From: Octopus sinensis | Taxonomy: Eukaryota | Direction: 5' to 3' | NCBI RefSeq assembly: GCF_006345805.1 | Contig: NC_043002.1 | Coordinates: forward strand, 46,810,001 to 46,874,000 | DNA length: 64,000 nt | Shown here: positions 1-13,040 of the stretch, piece by piece | Layout: each line of letters starts with the position of its first letter | Numbering within the stretch: the first letter of the stretch is position 1 | Made by a program: the position numbers and the translations under genes | The notes under the pieces: model-generated | Told to the model about the DNA's origin: nothing | What the model saw: the letters and a program-made list of their open reading frames with translations, nothing else | Database searches by the model: none

Positions 1-69
1 GCACTAGAAATAAGAAAAGTGAAATGATTCAACCAAAAATTTAAACTGAATTGTAGATTCAGCTTCCAT

Positions 70-235
70 AGGTGCTGAAGTAGCTGTGTGGTAACTAGCT
101 TGCTTACCAACTACATGGTTCCGGGTTCAGTCCCACTGCGTGGCACCTTGGGCAAGTGTCTTCTACTATATCCTCGGGCTGACCAAAGCCTTGTGAGTGG
201 ATTTGGTAGACGGAAACTGAAAGAAGCCTGTTGTA

Positions 236-271
<36 letters not shown>

Positions 272-295
272 TGTATGTATGTGTATATATATATA

Positions 296-337
<42 letters not shown>

Positions 338-577
338 CTTTATGTATGTGTGTGTATATGTTTGTGCATGTGTGTTGGTCCCTCCCACCATTGCTTGACA
401 ACTGATGCTGGTGTATTTACGTCCCTGTAACTTAGCGGTTCAGCAAAAGAGACAGATAGAATAAGTACTAGGCTTACAAAGAATAAGTCCTGGGGTTGAT
501 TTTCTCAACTAAAAGGCAGTGCTCTAGTATGGCCACAGTCAAATGACTGAAACAAGTAAAAAAGTAAAGAGTAAAAG
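70..577 (+). mobile_element. tRNA-type SINE, family A (internal microsatellite)
   Basis: Head gtagctgtgtggtaa...ggttcagtcccactgcgtggcaccttgggcaagtg, central (TA)/(TATG) run, tail ...aaatgactgaaacaagtaaaa; many similar copies in this window. Confidence 0.85.
234..335. repeat. (TA)n/(TATG)n microsatellite
   Basis: Direct reading; further runs at ~4980-5018, 8085-8152, 11168-11260, 14478-14525, 49450-49520, 50509-50598. Confidence 0.95.
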
Positions 578-764
578 CGTGTCCTATATCATTCACAAAA
601 AAAACATAAAACAAACATATGATTACTGCCAAAACATATTCATTATATGAAAGCAGTTCTCACATGAGACAAAAGCTTACATTTTAATGTGAACCAGCGT
701 TACTTTCTATTTTACTCTTTTTATTTTATACAGAAAAAAAAAGAAGAAAAATTATAAAATTTAC

Positions 765-858
765 CTAGACGATTGGTGACGAAAGGATCTTTAATGCTAA
801 ATGGATAGGATTCCTTTTGACCTCGAAATATCCGTTCTGCAAGAACTTTTTGTTCCAT
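765..858 (-). CDS. MYO1C: TH1 exon MEQKVLAERIFRGQKESYPFSIKDPFVTNRL(G/D/x)
   Basis: 94 nt, phase 0/1; acceptor tttttgcag, donor gtaaat; within ORF 721..987. Confidence 0.94.
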
Positions 859-940
859 CTGCAAAAATATTAGGAAAATAATTAATGATGTGATGTAACA
901 TACATTGACAACAATTACAGAATAATTTTTCATTCCATGG

Positions 941-1110
941 GGATGGGGGACAAACACAGACACAAAGACACACATAGGTACATACACATATATGACAGGC
1001 TCTTTTCAGTTTCCATCTACCAAATCTACTCACAAGGCTTTGGTCAGCCCGAGGCTATAGTAGAAGACACTTGCCCAAGGTGCCATGCAGTGGAATTGAA
1101 CCTCGAACCA
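941..1110 (-). mobile_element. SINE family A, partial
   Basis: Reverse complement of the head/core of the 70-577 copy. Confidence 0.85.
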
Positions 1111-1161
1111 TGTGGTTTCACTGACACTATCAGCATCATCCTTTGCCTTAGTACCCATTTG

Positions 1162-1574
1162 GGATCTTTTCTGTTTGAACGGCAGTTTTTAACATAATTT
1201 CTAGGTAACTAAAAAATTTTAAACTTCGTATACTGGTAGAATGTGTTTATAAAGCATCTTTTTCTCTTGGCTTTATTGAGAAAATTCTATAGTTTGTAAG
1301 ATATTTGTTGTTTTTTTTCTTCAATTTCTGCAATTTCAACCAATCACTGATGTCTATTGAGGTAAAAAAACATTCTGTGCCGTATGAATATGTCCCTCGT
1401 TTAAGAAACAGATTGGGTTTATTTACATTTGTTAAAAAAAAAAACATACCCTTCCCCCACCCCTAACCCAAAAACAGATTGAAATGCAATAGATCGATAC
1501 TAGGGTCATAATTATGGGTGACAATTTCATATGACACCACTAGAAAAAAACTGCCGTTCAAACCGAAAAGATCC
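1162..1574. mobile_element. MITE with GGATC termini and 5-bp TSD
   Basis: TIRs ggatcttttctgtttgaacggcagtttt / aaaactgccgttcaaaccgaaaagatcc; ATTTG duplicated at 1157-1161 and 1575-1579. Confidence 0.85.
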
Positions 1575-2254
1575 ATTTGCTAATATAGGTGTCTTAAAAT
1601 ACGCTCTAAGCAGTTTTCCATTGTAGTCATCCATTTTTTAAAAAGTTTAAATTATTTTGTATGCCACACATATCTAAGCTTTTTACTAATTAATCTTAAT
1701 TAGACTAGTTAATATATATTTCTTTATCATTTCAATTACATGTTTTTTAAAATCGTATGTTCTCCAGTTATCATCAGGTGATATTATACACATGTGTGCA
1801 CACTACTTCAGATTAGGATTACAACAGTGTGTGACACATAAAATTTATATGCTATTCTCCTGCAATGCTTGTATGTTCCAGTCTTTCATATTTAAACATA
1901 TTTCAATAAACTTATATCACTGGCTAAGATTATAGTATGTTTAATAGATGTGTGATAAATAGCTATGAAGCCATCATATTACAGGCACCTATGCATATAA
2001 AATAAAAACTGAAAAAATAATGATGGGCTTCACCAATGCAGATCCCCTTATGTGATCATTCAAGAAACAGCAGTTCATTTAAACTAAGTTTTTATGGTGC
2101 TTCTTTTTCCATGATGGAAATCTTATTTGAGAATGGCATAGATTTTATATTTTTATTCCAGTTAATTTATTCCAGTCTTGACCTCTCCTCAGAACGTTCT
2201 AATGTTTTTAAATCCTTAATTTTTGGCATTATTCTGTTTCATCATTTGACAAAT

Positions 2255-2645
2255 GTCTTATCTTTCACTTGTTGCAGACATTGGACTCGAGCACCACCTT
2301 GGAGGAATTCACTCAAACAAATCAACCTCAGTACTTATTTTTATGCCTGGTACTTACTTTATCAGATTGTTTTGCTGAATTGCTAGTTATAGGGTATGTA
2401 AACAAATGAACACCAGTTATTATATGGGATGCATGAGTATGGGGAGCAAAGATAGACACAAATATACACACATACACAAACACATATGGTGGGCTTCTGC
2501 ACAGTTTCCTTCTACCAAATTCACTCACAAGGCATTATTTGGCCTGGGGGTTTTGTTGGAAACACTTGTTCGGGGTGCCATATGGTGAGACTGTTCTGAA
2601 ACCACCATGTGGTTGCAAAGTAAGCTTCCACAAACATAAGTGCAG
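2255..2645 (-). mobile_element. SINE family A
   Basis: Diverged reverse copy with tail and head motifs. Confidence 0.75.
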
Positions 2646-3329
2646 GAATGAAATTTGCTTAGGAGTGCAAACCCATTTTTTAGGAGAATGTTCAAAGTGT
2701 TTTCATTCCCCACTCCCCCAATTTTAGGGAGTGTGCTTACACTCACACCCTGTGTCCACAAATACATTAGACAGTAAAGGGCCAATTTTTATATCTATGT
2801 TTCAGTCATCTCTTTGGGAGGTTTTTGCACTGGTGAAGGCTCTGTAGAGTGTAGAGTTGATCCTGAAGTTAGGATATATTTTCTACAGATTCTTTTTGTA
2901 ATTTCTCTGAAAGACACTTCTACTATATCAGAGTTACAGGGTTTTGGTTTTTGCCTACATCTCATATTTTTGAGATGCTAGAGGGCTCAAGAATTATCAA
3001 GACATTCCTTTCAGGAATGTATTCTCATTAGGTGACATTGTTTTTGTCTGTACATTGTATTTGCATCAACCTGTTATGGACACTGTATTTTTAGTATATC
3101 CAATTTTTGTTTCAATAAATGAAAATCTTGCACCTTTTTTTAAATCAAAATTTTTTTCTCCTTTTCCAGAATGAATTTTATGGAGATGTGAATATTAGTC
3201 CTTATGGTTCAATATATGGATATCATCATGTGATTGAGGAAAAATAGAAGATAAAGTCATATAATGAAGTTAAACTGTAGGTCCTAATGAGTCATATTCT
3301 TGAAGTTCTTCATATCAATATTTGCGATA

Positions 3330-3530
3330 TGGAAGGTGGTGAGCTGACAGAATTGTTAGCATACTGGGCAAAATGCTAGCTTTACATTCTCAGTTCAAAT
3401 TTTGCCAAGGTTGACCTTGCCTTTCATCCTTTTGGAGTTGATAAACTAAGTACAAATTGCATGCTGGGTTGATGTAATTGACTTATCCTCTCTCCTAAAA
3501 TTGCTGGCCTTGTGCCAAAATTTGAAATCC
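3330..3530 (+). mobile_element. tRNA-type SINE, family B
   Basis: ggtggtgagctgacagaattgttagc...gttcaaattttgccaaggttgaccttgcctttcatcc, similar to the 19793 copy. Confidence 0.75.
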
Positions 3531-4975
3531 ATATTAGCGATATAGATGCAAAAAGTGAACCCATAAACAGTTTTCCGCTTGTTCATGTGTCTCCAGATGA
3601 ATTTTTTTTCTGAACCCCATGACTTATAAGGTTGGAGCATAACCCAATTTCCATGGCATATAAGTGATTGAGATTACTGTACTCTTTCCTGAATAGAATG
3701 TTGGTCTGTCACAGGGTTAACTTCTCACCTTTTGCTACAACTCATTCACCACTAAGTGTACCAAAACAATGTGAGATGAAGATTTTGCTCAAGAACACAA
3801 TGCACTGCTTAGTCTGGAAATTGAAACCATGACCTCACAATCATGAGTGCAACACCCTAACCTCTACACCACACACCTTTACTTTCAGATGAAAGTAATC
3901 AACTATTTTTATGTGGAATATTAACATTTCTTTTACTTTGGGTAGAGAAATTATTGCTCTTTCTAGAAAGTTTCGATTGTTTCTTGTCGGTGGGTGAGTC
4001 CCATTTTGAAAAATCAATACAAGTTTATTAGTTGGAAACACTGCAAACAGGTAAATAAAGCAGTGACTAGATATTTGAAGAAATCTAATAAATCAGCTCA
4101 GTTTTAATAGATGCAAACATATAACATCTGAAGACAAAGAAATGATAATTGTAGCATAGTACAAATAAGAATAAAAATAATAATATGGCCAAATATTATT
4201 AATTTCTTCTAGATATTTGTTAACTTATTATTTTCTTTATTGACATACGTTTGTGCAATATTACTGACTATCTTTCTTTTCTTTGTTGGAGCCAACTGGC
4301 CTAATAAAGTAGGTAAAAGCCAAAGTCCAAGGACACTAGTAGAGGTATGTGTCAGTATATACTATGCAGTAAAGTTCATGAATTTGGATAAGTTTGTATA
4401 TATATATATATATATCGACTGCTATCTTCACCAAGATAAGACTGCTTATCCTGTCTCTTTCATAATAAGCTGTCTCCTCAAGCGTTCAAAATAAGTTTTC
4501 CATCGTCTTGGCTGAACAGCCCTCATTGTTTGTTTTTACTGTGTTATTCTCTTTGTTCTGTCTTTTACTGTTTTTACTTTTATTGTTTTTACTGTCTTGT
4601 TTTGTTCTTACTGTCCTGTTCTTGTTTCCACTTTTACCTCTCCACAAAAATGCTAAATTTTATTTAATTTGTTTTGCAAGAAGGACTGTTTCAACGAAGT
4701 TGCGTCTTGTCCTTGCCTTCGGAATGCAGAGTAGATGAAACAGGGACAATTGAAGAAGGAGAATATTCCTTGTGTTGTATGTCTTGTACTCGGTTCTTTC
4801 ATCGTTTAAAAAATAGTTTGTTTCCATGTTTTTGTTTTTATGCTTTAGTTTCTCATTGTGTTCAATGTTTTTTTGATGTCCTGTACCCATATATGCATGT
4901 ATATATACATATAGATGTAGGTATGTACATATATGTATGTATATATGCATATATTTATATATTATTTATATTATA

Positions 4976-5020
<45 letters not shown>

Positions 5021-5456
5021 GGGAAGAAGTGACAATTTTCAGATGATGGGAGAAGTGTCAAAATATGATATCTGGAGATTATTCTTTCAAATATTTTTCA
5101 AGTAAAACTCTTGAACTTCTCTAATAAATTAAATTTGGTAGACTTACACAACATTTAGCTAATGTTCTGAAATTATTTTTAACCTCACCATTCTAGTAAT
5201 ACTTTCTTTGAAAAATATATAATTGTAATTTACTTTACTACTTTTTCTTTTTTTACCATTTTCATTGACCATCAGCCTCAGAAACTCCTGGATTCATTTT
5301 TATCACATGAAAATGTTCTTACAGTCAGCCCACCAACTTCTCCCTCTATTTCTCCCCTTCTTGCATTACTTTTTCAGAGAATCATCATGGTTTCTTATCT
5401 TGGAAATAAATTTATTTTTTCTCAGAGAACAAGGAAGAAAACTATATTAAACTTAC

Positions 5457-5540
5457 CTGAGTTTTTCTTTCTTTAGAAATACTAAGACAATATTTCAACA
5501 CCATATTTCTCATACATAATTTACACAGCAGTGTAGATGT
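5457..5540 (-). CDS. MYO1C: TH1 exon TSTLLCKLCMRNMVLKYCLSISKERKTQ
   Basis: 84 nt, phase 0/0; acceptor ttttgttcatag, donor gtaagt. Confidence 0.93.
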
Positions 5541-5753
5541 CTATGAACAAAAGAAAATAGTTAAAGTAATAATTTATAGAATTAAGAGAAAATGTTCTGC
5601 AATAAAATCAATGAAATAATTTTGAAGATTATTGTGATATCTTGAACGTATGTTAAGATATCTAGAATTATAGATGCTTCAATAGTCCTCCTCCTCCTCC
5701 TTCTTCTTCTTCCTCACCACCACCACCAGTGGCAACAGCAGCAGCAGTTAATG

Positions 5754-5976
5754 CAGGGTTTCTCAACCATTGGTTCCTATTTTGCTCGAATGTACCCTCC
5801 GAGCCATTTGATGTTTAAAAACTCCGATTACATTTTTATAATTAAATATTATTAGAAATTGTATATATATAAAAAAAAAATTAAACTATTTTGTGTATTG
5901 AAGGAATATAACCAGTTTATTGGACATGAATTCTTTAATAACAAAACCTTATATGGACCCCAGTTGAGAACTACTG
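5754..5976. mobile_element. hAT-like MITE relic
   Basis: Imperfect TIR cagggtttctcaac / gttgagaactactg; no clear TSD. Confidence 0.55.
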
Positions 5977-6066
5977 ATGTAACATCTGTTTTTTATGCTA
6001 GCATGGGCTGGTCAGTTTGACAGGAGCTAGCCAGCTGAAGAGCTGCCCTGACTATGTCTGTTTTAT

Positions 6067-6576
6067 ATTATTTACATTCGACGGATATTGTCCTCATCTT
6101 GTTTGTTGTTAGCATAACATTTCAGCTGATATACCCTCCAGCCTTCTTCAGGTGTCTTGGGGAAATTTAAAACCTGGGTTCTCATTCCTAAGGTATTTTT
6201 CGATGTTGTTATCATTATTGTTATTGTTTAGGTCACTGCTTGGAATCGAACTTGAAATCTTGGGAACAGTAGCTGGTGCTCTTAACCACTACACCATATG
6301 CCCACGGGCATATGGCATAGTGGTTAAGAGCATAGTGATTCCAAGCAGTGACCTGAACAACAACAACAACAATAATAATAATAATAATAATAATAATGAC
6401 ATTGAAAAATACCTTAGGAATGAGAACCCAGGTTCGAAATTTCCCCAAGACACCTGAAGAAGGCTGGAGGGTATATCAGCTGAAATGTTATGCTAACAAC
6501 AAACAAGATGAGGACTAATATCCGTCGAATGTAAATAATGTTCATAATTCCTCATCTCTTAAATATAGAATTGTAT
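6067..6576. mobile_element. Palindromic Penelope-like (pseudo-LTR type) repeat
   Basis: Arms 6067-~6303 and ~6306-6539 are reverse complements with a 2-nt centre; each carries cctgaagaaggctggagggtatatcagc; Penelope assignment is inference. Confidence 0.7.
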
Positions 6577-6926
6577 GTCTGTTTTGTTGTGGTTTCTATG
6601 GCTGGATGCCCTTCCTAATGCCAACCACTTTACAGAGTGTATGGGGTTTCTGTTATGAAACCAATAGCTATTTTAGCTTTCTTTCTCTCTGTGATATCTT
6701 AATGATTTTTCTAATTTAATCACAAAATTGAAATTCTTTTAGGCATTTGAATTTCTTCGATTTTTATATGGAAGGAGGACAAGAAAGAGTAGAGCAGGGG
6801 CTTAAATAGAAGTCTTTAGTTTCATGCCACTAAGGTTCAAATTTACTGTTTCATTGCCCTGGCATACAAAAGTACAAAAACTTGTATTCTGAGATTCATT
6901 TTACACTGATGTTTAAAAGTTGATGA

Positions 6927-7521
6927 ATCATCATCATCATCATTGTTTAACATCCACTTTCCATGCTAGCATGGGTTGGACGATTTGACTGACAACTGGT
7001 GAACCAGATGGCTACACCAGGCTCCAATCTTTATCTGGTAGAGTTTCTACAGCTGGATGCACTTCCTAATGCCAACCACTCCGAGAGTGTAGTGGGAGCT
7101 TTTACTTGCCACTGGCATGAGGGCCAGTCAGGCAGTAATGGCAACAGCCATGAAAAATTCATGTTTATTTACGTTTCACCTGCACACTGGCACAAGTGTC
7201 AGTAAGGTGACACTGGTAACGATCACGCTCGAATGCCAGTTAGCCACCAGCACGAATGCCAGTTAGCCACACTGGTAATGATCACGCTTGGATGGTGCTC
7301 TTAGTGCTCCACTAGCACGGATGCCAGTCATCGAATTTGATTTCGATTTCACTTGCCTCAACAGATCTTTGCAAGCAGTGTCCAATGAAGGGAAGGTACG
7401 CATAAGTGGGTTGGTTACACCCCAGGCATAGACCACATGGTTATGGTCTCACTTGGCTTGCCGGGTCTTCTCAAGCACAGCATATTTCCAAAAGTCTCGG
7501 ACACTGGTCATTGCCTCAATG
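6927..7521 (-). mobile_element. 5'-truncated RTE-clade LINE (3' end)
   Basis: (TGA)n tail; same family as the 49523-50500 copy, including the ORF C-terminus. Confidence 0.85.
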
Positions 7522-7649
7522 TTTGAAATTATGAGCTTCCATTAAATGCTGGTAACTTAACCGTTTGGTATAAGTCTATTTTTATCGATGTATATACATT
7601 TCTGCATGATTGTGTGTGTGTGTGTATACATGTGTAACACATAAAATCA

Positions 7650-7875
7650 TGATCATTATTGTCGTTTTAAAGCACACTTTCCATGCTTGTATGAGTTGGA
7701 TGGAATTTCTTGAGGCATATTTTCTACAGCTGGATTCTCTTCCTGTCACCAACCCTCACCTATTTCCAAGTAAGGTAATATTTTCTCACGACCAGACATG
7801 TTTTCATGGAAGATTGGAAATGAAGGTGATTCTTATTTACAACTATCACATGATGTCAAGGCAAGGTGACACGAG
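7650..7875 (+). mobile_element. Short RTE-tail-related repeat, family E
   Basis: tttccatgcttgtatgagttggatgg...accaaccctcacctatttccaagtaaggtaat; related copies near 8160, 13400, 23430, 35790, 63290. Confidence 0.7.
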
Positions 7876-8083
7876 GTCACATTGTAATCAATACACAGAA
7901 AACAACAGCTCAAAATATTCTCAAATTATGAATTTGAGCTGTCCAGGGCAACAAAAATGAATAAATCAAACACAAGGTTTAAATGTGAGCTACCATAAAT
8001 TTCTTACTCAGATAGTATAGTAATTGGATGAGCTTGCACAGTGTGCTGTGTAATGCCATGCAAGTGCTCATGCTTAAAAACAG

Positions 8084-8156
<73 letters not shown>

Positions 8157-8159
8157 AAG

Positions 8160-8330
8160 TTTTAGTTGTAAACAAGCATCTCTGTCATACATGCAATGTT
8201 GCTTGTTCCTAGTCTTCTGTGAAAAACATGTCTGGCTATGGGGTAGTATTATGTTGCTTGGAAACAAGTGAGTATTAGTGACAAGAAGGGTATCTGGGCA
8301 TAGAAAAATCTGCCTCAACATACACAAAAT
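8160..8330 (-). mobile_element. Family E repeat, inverted relative to 7650-7875
   Basis: gaaaaacatgtctggc...ttgcttggaaacaagtgagtattagtgacaagaagggtatc. Confidence 0.7.
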
Positions 8331-8426
8331 GTATATGGAATAGTAGAACTAAAATCTAACTTAGGTGGGTAATAAAACTTATTTTTACAGGTTACTATTT
8401 AAGAAAAAAATAACTCACAAACTTAC

Positions 8427-8586
8427 CTTTTGAAGTAATTCTGGATATGGAGGCCAGGATTTATCTAAAACAGATTTTGGCAGCTTTGTTTTCAGTCTCT
8501 GAAGGTAGTTATATTTAGTATATTGAACAAATTCTTGGTTTTCCTTACACGCTGGTTTTTTGCGGTACATAAAACCTTTGATGAAT
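8427..8586 (-). CDS. MYO1C: Post-IQ/TH1 exon FIKGFMYRKKPACKENQEFVQYTKYNYLQRLKTKLPKSVLDKSWPPYPELLQK
   Basis: 160 nt, phase 2/0; acceptor tgtttttag, donor gtaagt; within ORF 8415..8609. Confidence 0.95.
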
Positions 8587-9591
8587 CTAAAAACACAAAG
8601 CAGAATCACTGGTTAGCACAAATTGAAGACATTCTGAAGGAATTGATGACAAGGTTAGATGAATGCATTTATATGAATAAGAGCATAGCAATGAGGCATC
8701 CTTTATCACTTACATAAAATATGTTGGACTTATACCCAAGGAATTAAGAAGAATATATTTGTCATATACGTCAATTATTTAACTGATTGTGAAAATAAAA
8801 TTACATGCATAATGTACCTTTAAAGCAAAATGGGGAAAAATCTCAATAAAAAAATGTTTGTAGAAGTGACATTTTTGAGGACCAAATCTACATTTCTGGC
8901 AAGCATAGCTCTCTGTTAAAAAAAATTCTTTGATCATCTGTAAAGTTTTGACTACCTTCTCTAAACATTATCACAAGTGTGTCCACATCCTAGAAACTTG
9001 CTCGCTTTATGTCACTTCCACTTAACTCTTTTGAAACCAATATTTTACTAAATCCCTCAAAATTTGTTAAAACACATATATCAGAATGGTCACAAAGGAG
9101 TTATACATATATGCCATACCTGTCTATGTTTCTTTTATCACTCATATTGTTGTACACACATACTAAACATTAGGTCTGTTTTGAGCCAACTAGGAGACAT
9201 TCTGTGCCATCATATATCATCTTAAAATTGCAGACAAGCACCCCTTGAATCACACCCTATTATCTTAAATACAAAAGGATAGATTAGATAATGTAGTTCC
9301 TAATATAACAAGTTAACTGGATGGTTATAGCTAGAATACCTTTGATCATATACATGCTTGATCAAGGTTGAGTTATGGCTATATAGCAACTACACCTGAT
9401 TCTTCATCATAATAAGTGTATCTCTCCAGAAGTTAGTCCCATCCCATGTTTTCTCCTTCCTACACAACAATTCAAACTAATCCCTATATATGTTAACTGC
9501 AGAGAATGATTTACCTTCAAGAAGATTTTCTAGAACTTTGAGTTCCAACTATTTCTCCAATACTGAAAGTGATTTAACAACATAGACTTAC

Positions 9592-9676
9592 TTGCGAATG
9601 ATTTGTGCAGCTCTCTTTCGACGTTCCAACAATTTCCGGGCCAAGAACTGTCGTATCCAGCATTGCACTACAATAG
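9592..9676 (-). CDS. MYO1C: IQ motif 2 exon IVVQCWIRQFLARKLLERRKRAAQIIR(K)
   Basis: 85 nt, phase 1/2; acceptor atattttag, donor gtaagt. Confidence 0.94.
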
Positions 9677-9799
9677 CTAAAATATAACAAATCAAAAGAT
9701 TGTTAAATGCTTATTTATTAGATTCACAAAATAATAAAAGACACCTTAAAGTTCAGTGAGTAAATTACAAATTTAGAACCATGCAGAGTTTATTTTTCA

Positions 9800-10170
9800 G
9801 GCATAGTTGAGTGATTAAGAAGCTCACTTTGCAACCATATGGTTTTAGATTCAGTCCCATTGCATGGTACCTTGGGCAAGTGCCTTCTACTGTAGTACTT
9901 AGCCAACCTGTGAGTGAATTTGGTAGATGGAAACTGTGTGGAGGCTTGTCATATGTGTGTGTGTGTGTGTCTTTGTATTTGTATATGCCTCCTCACTGCT
10001 TGACAGTGTTAGTTTGTTTATGCCCTCGTAACTTAGCTGTTTTTGCAAAAGACTGTCAGAATAAGTACCAGACTTAAAAAAATAAGTCAGTCAATTAGAT
10101 TAAAACCTTCAAGGTGATGCCCAAATATTGTTGCAGTCCAATGACTGAAACAAGTAAACGATAAAAGAAA
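9800..10170 (+). mobile_element. SINE family A
   Basis: Full head, (TG)n centre, aaatgactgaaacaagtaaa tail. Confidence 0.8.
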
Positions 10171-11182
10171 AATGATAGCACAGATGAGATAATTTTGATA
10201 TTTTAGTTTTGGCAATTTATATTCCTTTTACTCAGTTGTGAATAAAGAGGTGAACTTATCAGTGTGAGAAACTGAAGTAAACAGAATTAAAGACTCTTGT
10301 CCAGAATCACTTGCAGAAATATGGAGATCTAGAGAAAAAGTGAGTGAGCAAAAGAATAAACAGAAAAGTCACAGTCCAAAATGTTAACTGAATTAAACAT
10401 AATAAAATGTTCCATGTAGCAAAATTACCTTCAAGTAATACCCTGGCATCTTAAAAAAAAAAGGAAGGACACATTGAATAATATATCCCTGTTTATGAAA
10501 CGCTATCTGAAATAAACATGGGATGTTCACTTGGGAACAGTAGCAACCAATACTATTGATATGTAGGATAGTTATAGTTAATATTTCTTTAAACAAAATC
10601 TAGATAGCTGATACACACACACATAAGTGAGTATATAAATAATCTCCTCATGAAAATATTTACTGTATGTCCAGGATTTTCAGCTGTATGGAAAAGTTTA
10701 ACTATATTGTAATTTAATTACTATTCAAACTGATAGCAGGTTCCTTGCGGGAGTGTTTACTATGAATTCTCCTTGATTCTTTGAATCCATTTTTCTACTT
10801 TGTGTGTGTATATATAAAAATATACACACTTTATGACAGCTGTGATAACATTTAAAAATAAAATTTCTTTTTATGAAGGAATTAACTGCTCAGATTTTCT
10901 ATATAAAGTGATGCCAGAATTTATCATTGCCAATTTGAGACAGAAAAGATAAACAAACTCACTAATACGATCTTGAACCAAATATCTATTCCTTGCCAAT
11001 CAACCATTTTACTAATTACACAACAAAAATTTTCTTCTATAGTAAGTACTCCTAAAATGCAGCAGAGATTGAATTTCACGTGAAGATTCATGAGCTCCAA
11101 ACACTTGGACACTCAGTTCTAAGGATCTCTGTTGTTTGAAGTATTTGAAGTTTGAAACAAGTAGTATGTGTGTGTGTGTGAA

Positions 11183-11221
<39 letters not shown>

Positions 11222-12269
11222 GGGGGAGGGAGGGAGAGAGAGAGAGAGAGAGAGAGAGATCTATATATGATGCGACAGTGCCATTGTCATTAGCAGTAAG
11301 AATTCACCATCTTTTTTGGGTTTAGATATTCATGCTAACATGCCCCAGAAATCTTTACCCATTGTTATTATTTGTTTTGTGCCTGTTTCTCCATGCTGGC
11401 ACAGGTTGGATAGGTCGGTCTCATTCCAAATTCCACTTGGACTTGGCATTGCATCATAAACTAGAACATAAATTAGCCCTAAATTGGATCTGACATGACT
11501 AATATAGTAGCATTTTGAAACATGGTTTCATCTGAACTGGGCTCACTAAGAATGCTAAATGAATGCTATTACAAGTATAAATAGCGTTCAGCAGTAAATC
11601 ATTTTATGACTTTCATGTGTCCAGTATTTTAAATATAATAGTAAATATGAACAACGATCTCTAAAGCAATGTGTTGATATTAGCACTGTAACATTACCAA
11701 AGATGAAGTCTTTCGATTTATTTGGGCCAAGTTTCTAAAAATAACATTTATTAACACAACTCCAGGCTCATTAACTGTTGACAAGACCTTATCTTTTAAG
11801 TAAAATACTGACATGCTCGCAGTGTTTATTTTCCATGCTAAATTTTACTATGGGATATACCCACAGATTTTAGCTGCCACTACTTTAATAATTCAACTTA
11901 TTAGATACATGACAGTCACAAATGTCTGCCGTGGAAAAGATGTATCAACTATACAGGCATTTCTAGTAGTATAATACTCTCACCAGCAATTATTTACCCT
12001 ACATTAGTTACCAATGCAAAAATTTAATGGTGAAAATCTATGGTTTTACTTCAAAGTAAAGCTTACTTTTTAAATACTGGAATAGAAAAATGACATTGCA
12101 AGGTGGAGGTATCAACATCTGATAGTAACCTAAATTAATTTTTAATGAGTTAAGACTGTTCTGAGAAACAAAGAAAAATACATATACATATACCCAAGCT
12201 TATTCCCCATTTTTTTAAGGAGTGGGTAGCCACAATAAGACACACATCAGGCATACCATTCATTTCCTG

Positions 12270-12545
12270 GGTATGACTATAAACTACATCTGGTAGTGGG
12301 ACCCTGGGGCCCTGGCTTCAGGGTTTAAAGAGTGTAGAACTACCTCATAGCCACTATTGTTCTCAGGTCTACTCTGGCCCAGAGTGGTAGCACCTGTAAG
12401 GGTCTCAGCTATTGGTTAATTAGCAAACCCTACTGTGACTGGGGAGTGGGGATCAGTAGAATGCAGTCACCGTATTCCCTGCATGGTGTAAGAGGCGACT
12501 AAAAGGGGCTGGAGCCAGGGGGATGGGAATCCTCTCCTCCTAGTA
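12270..12545 (+). mobile_element. Old SINE-like repeat of another family
   Basis: GC-richer island ending ccctgcatggtgtaagaggcgactaaaagggg, resembling a motif of invertebrate tRNA-SINE 3' regions (from memory). Confidence 0.45.
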
Positions 12546-13040
12546 AATCCATATTCCTAAAAGGATGGCAAGAAAAGAAAAATACTTCAGAATATTTCAA
12601 ATGTTTCTAAAAGAATTAAAAGATGATCTTAAGCAGTTGTATTTATGCTTACATTAAAGCTAATATTTTTGCTTTAAGATCATAAGCAGTAAAGATTTTA
12701 AAGAGTTATATATCACCTAATGTGTTTATTAGGTTTACATACCAAAGATTTAATAATTGCAACAAACTTGCACCTGACTTTTGAAAAAATAATATATTTC
12801 TATCATAGGTAATTTTCTAATTTAGCAATCATCATAAACTATTTGATAACTTAATGTTATTCATGAAGAAATCTCACCAAATATTTCTTTTAGTAAGACA
12901 ACTATACTGAGCAACTTTATAATTCATAAGTTTTCATACAAGATTTCCATATAATATTGACTCAGTTCTGCCTTCATGGAAAGTTGAATAAATATAAGTC
13001 GAAAAACATAAATGGTATCGAAGGAATGAAAATAGTTTAC

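Noticed and set aside
88-405. ORFs over microsatellites and SINEs (also 111-401, 4674-5105, 14361-14594, 55886-56278 etc.)
   Set aside because: YI/CV/TH repeat translations of dinucleotide runs within SINEs.
12067-12118. Possible extra minus-strand exon or 10-nt microexon between the IQ exons
   Set aside because: 10-nt and 52-nt versions break the frame and encode no IQ motif.
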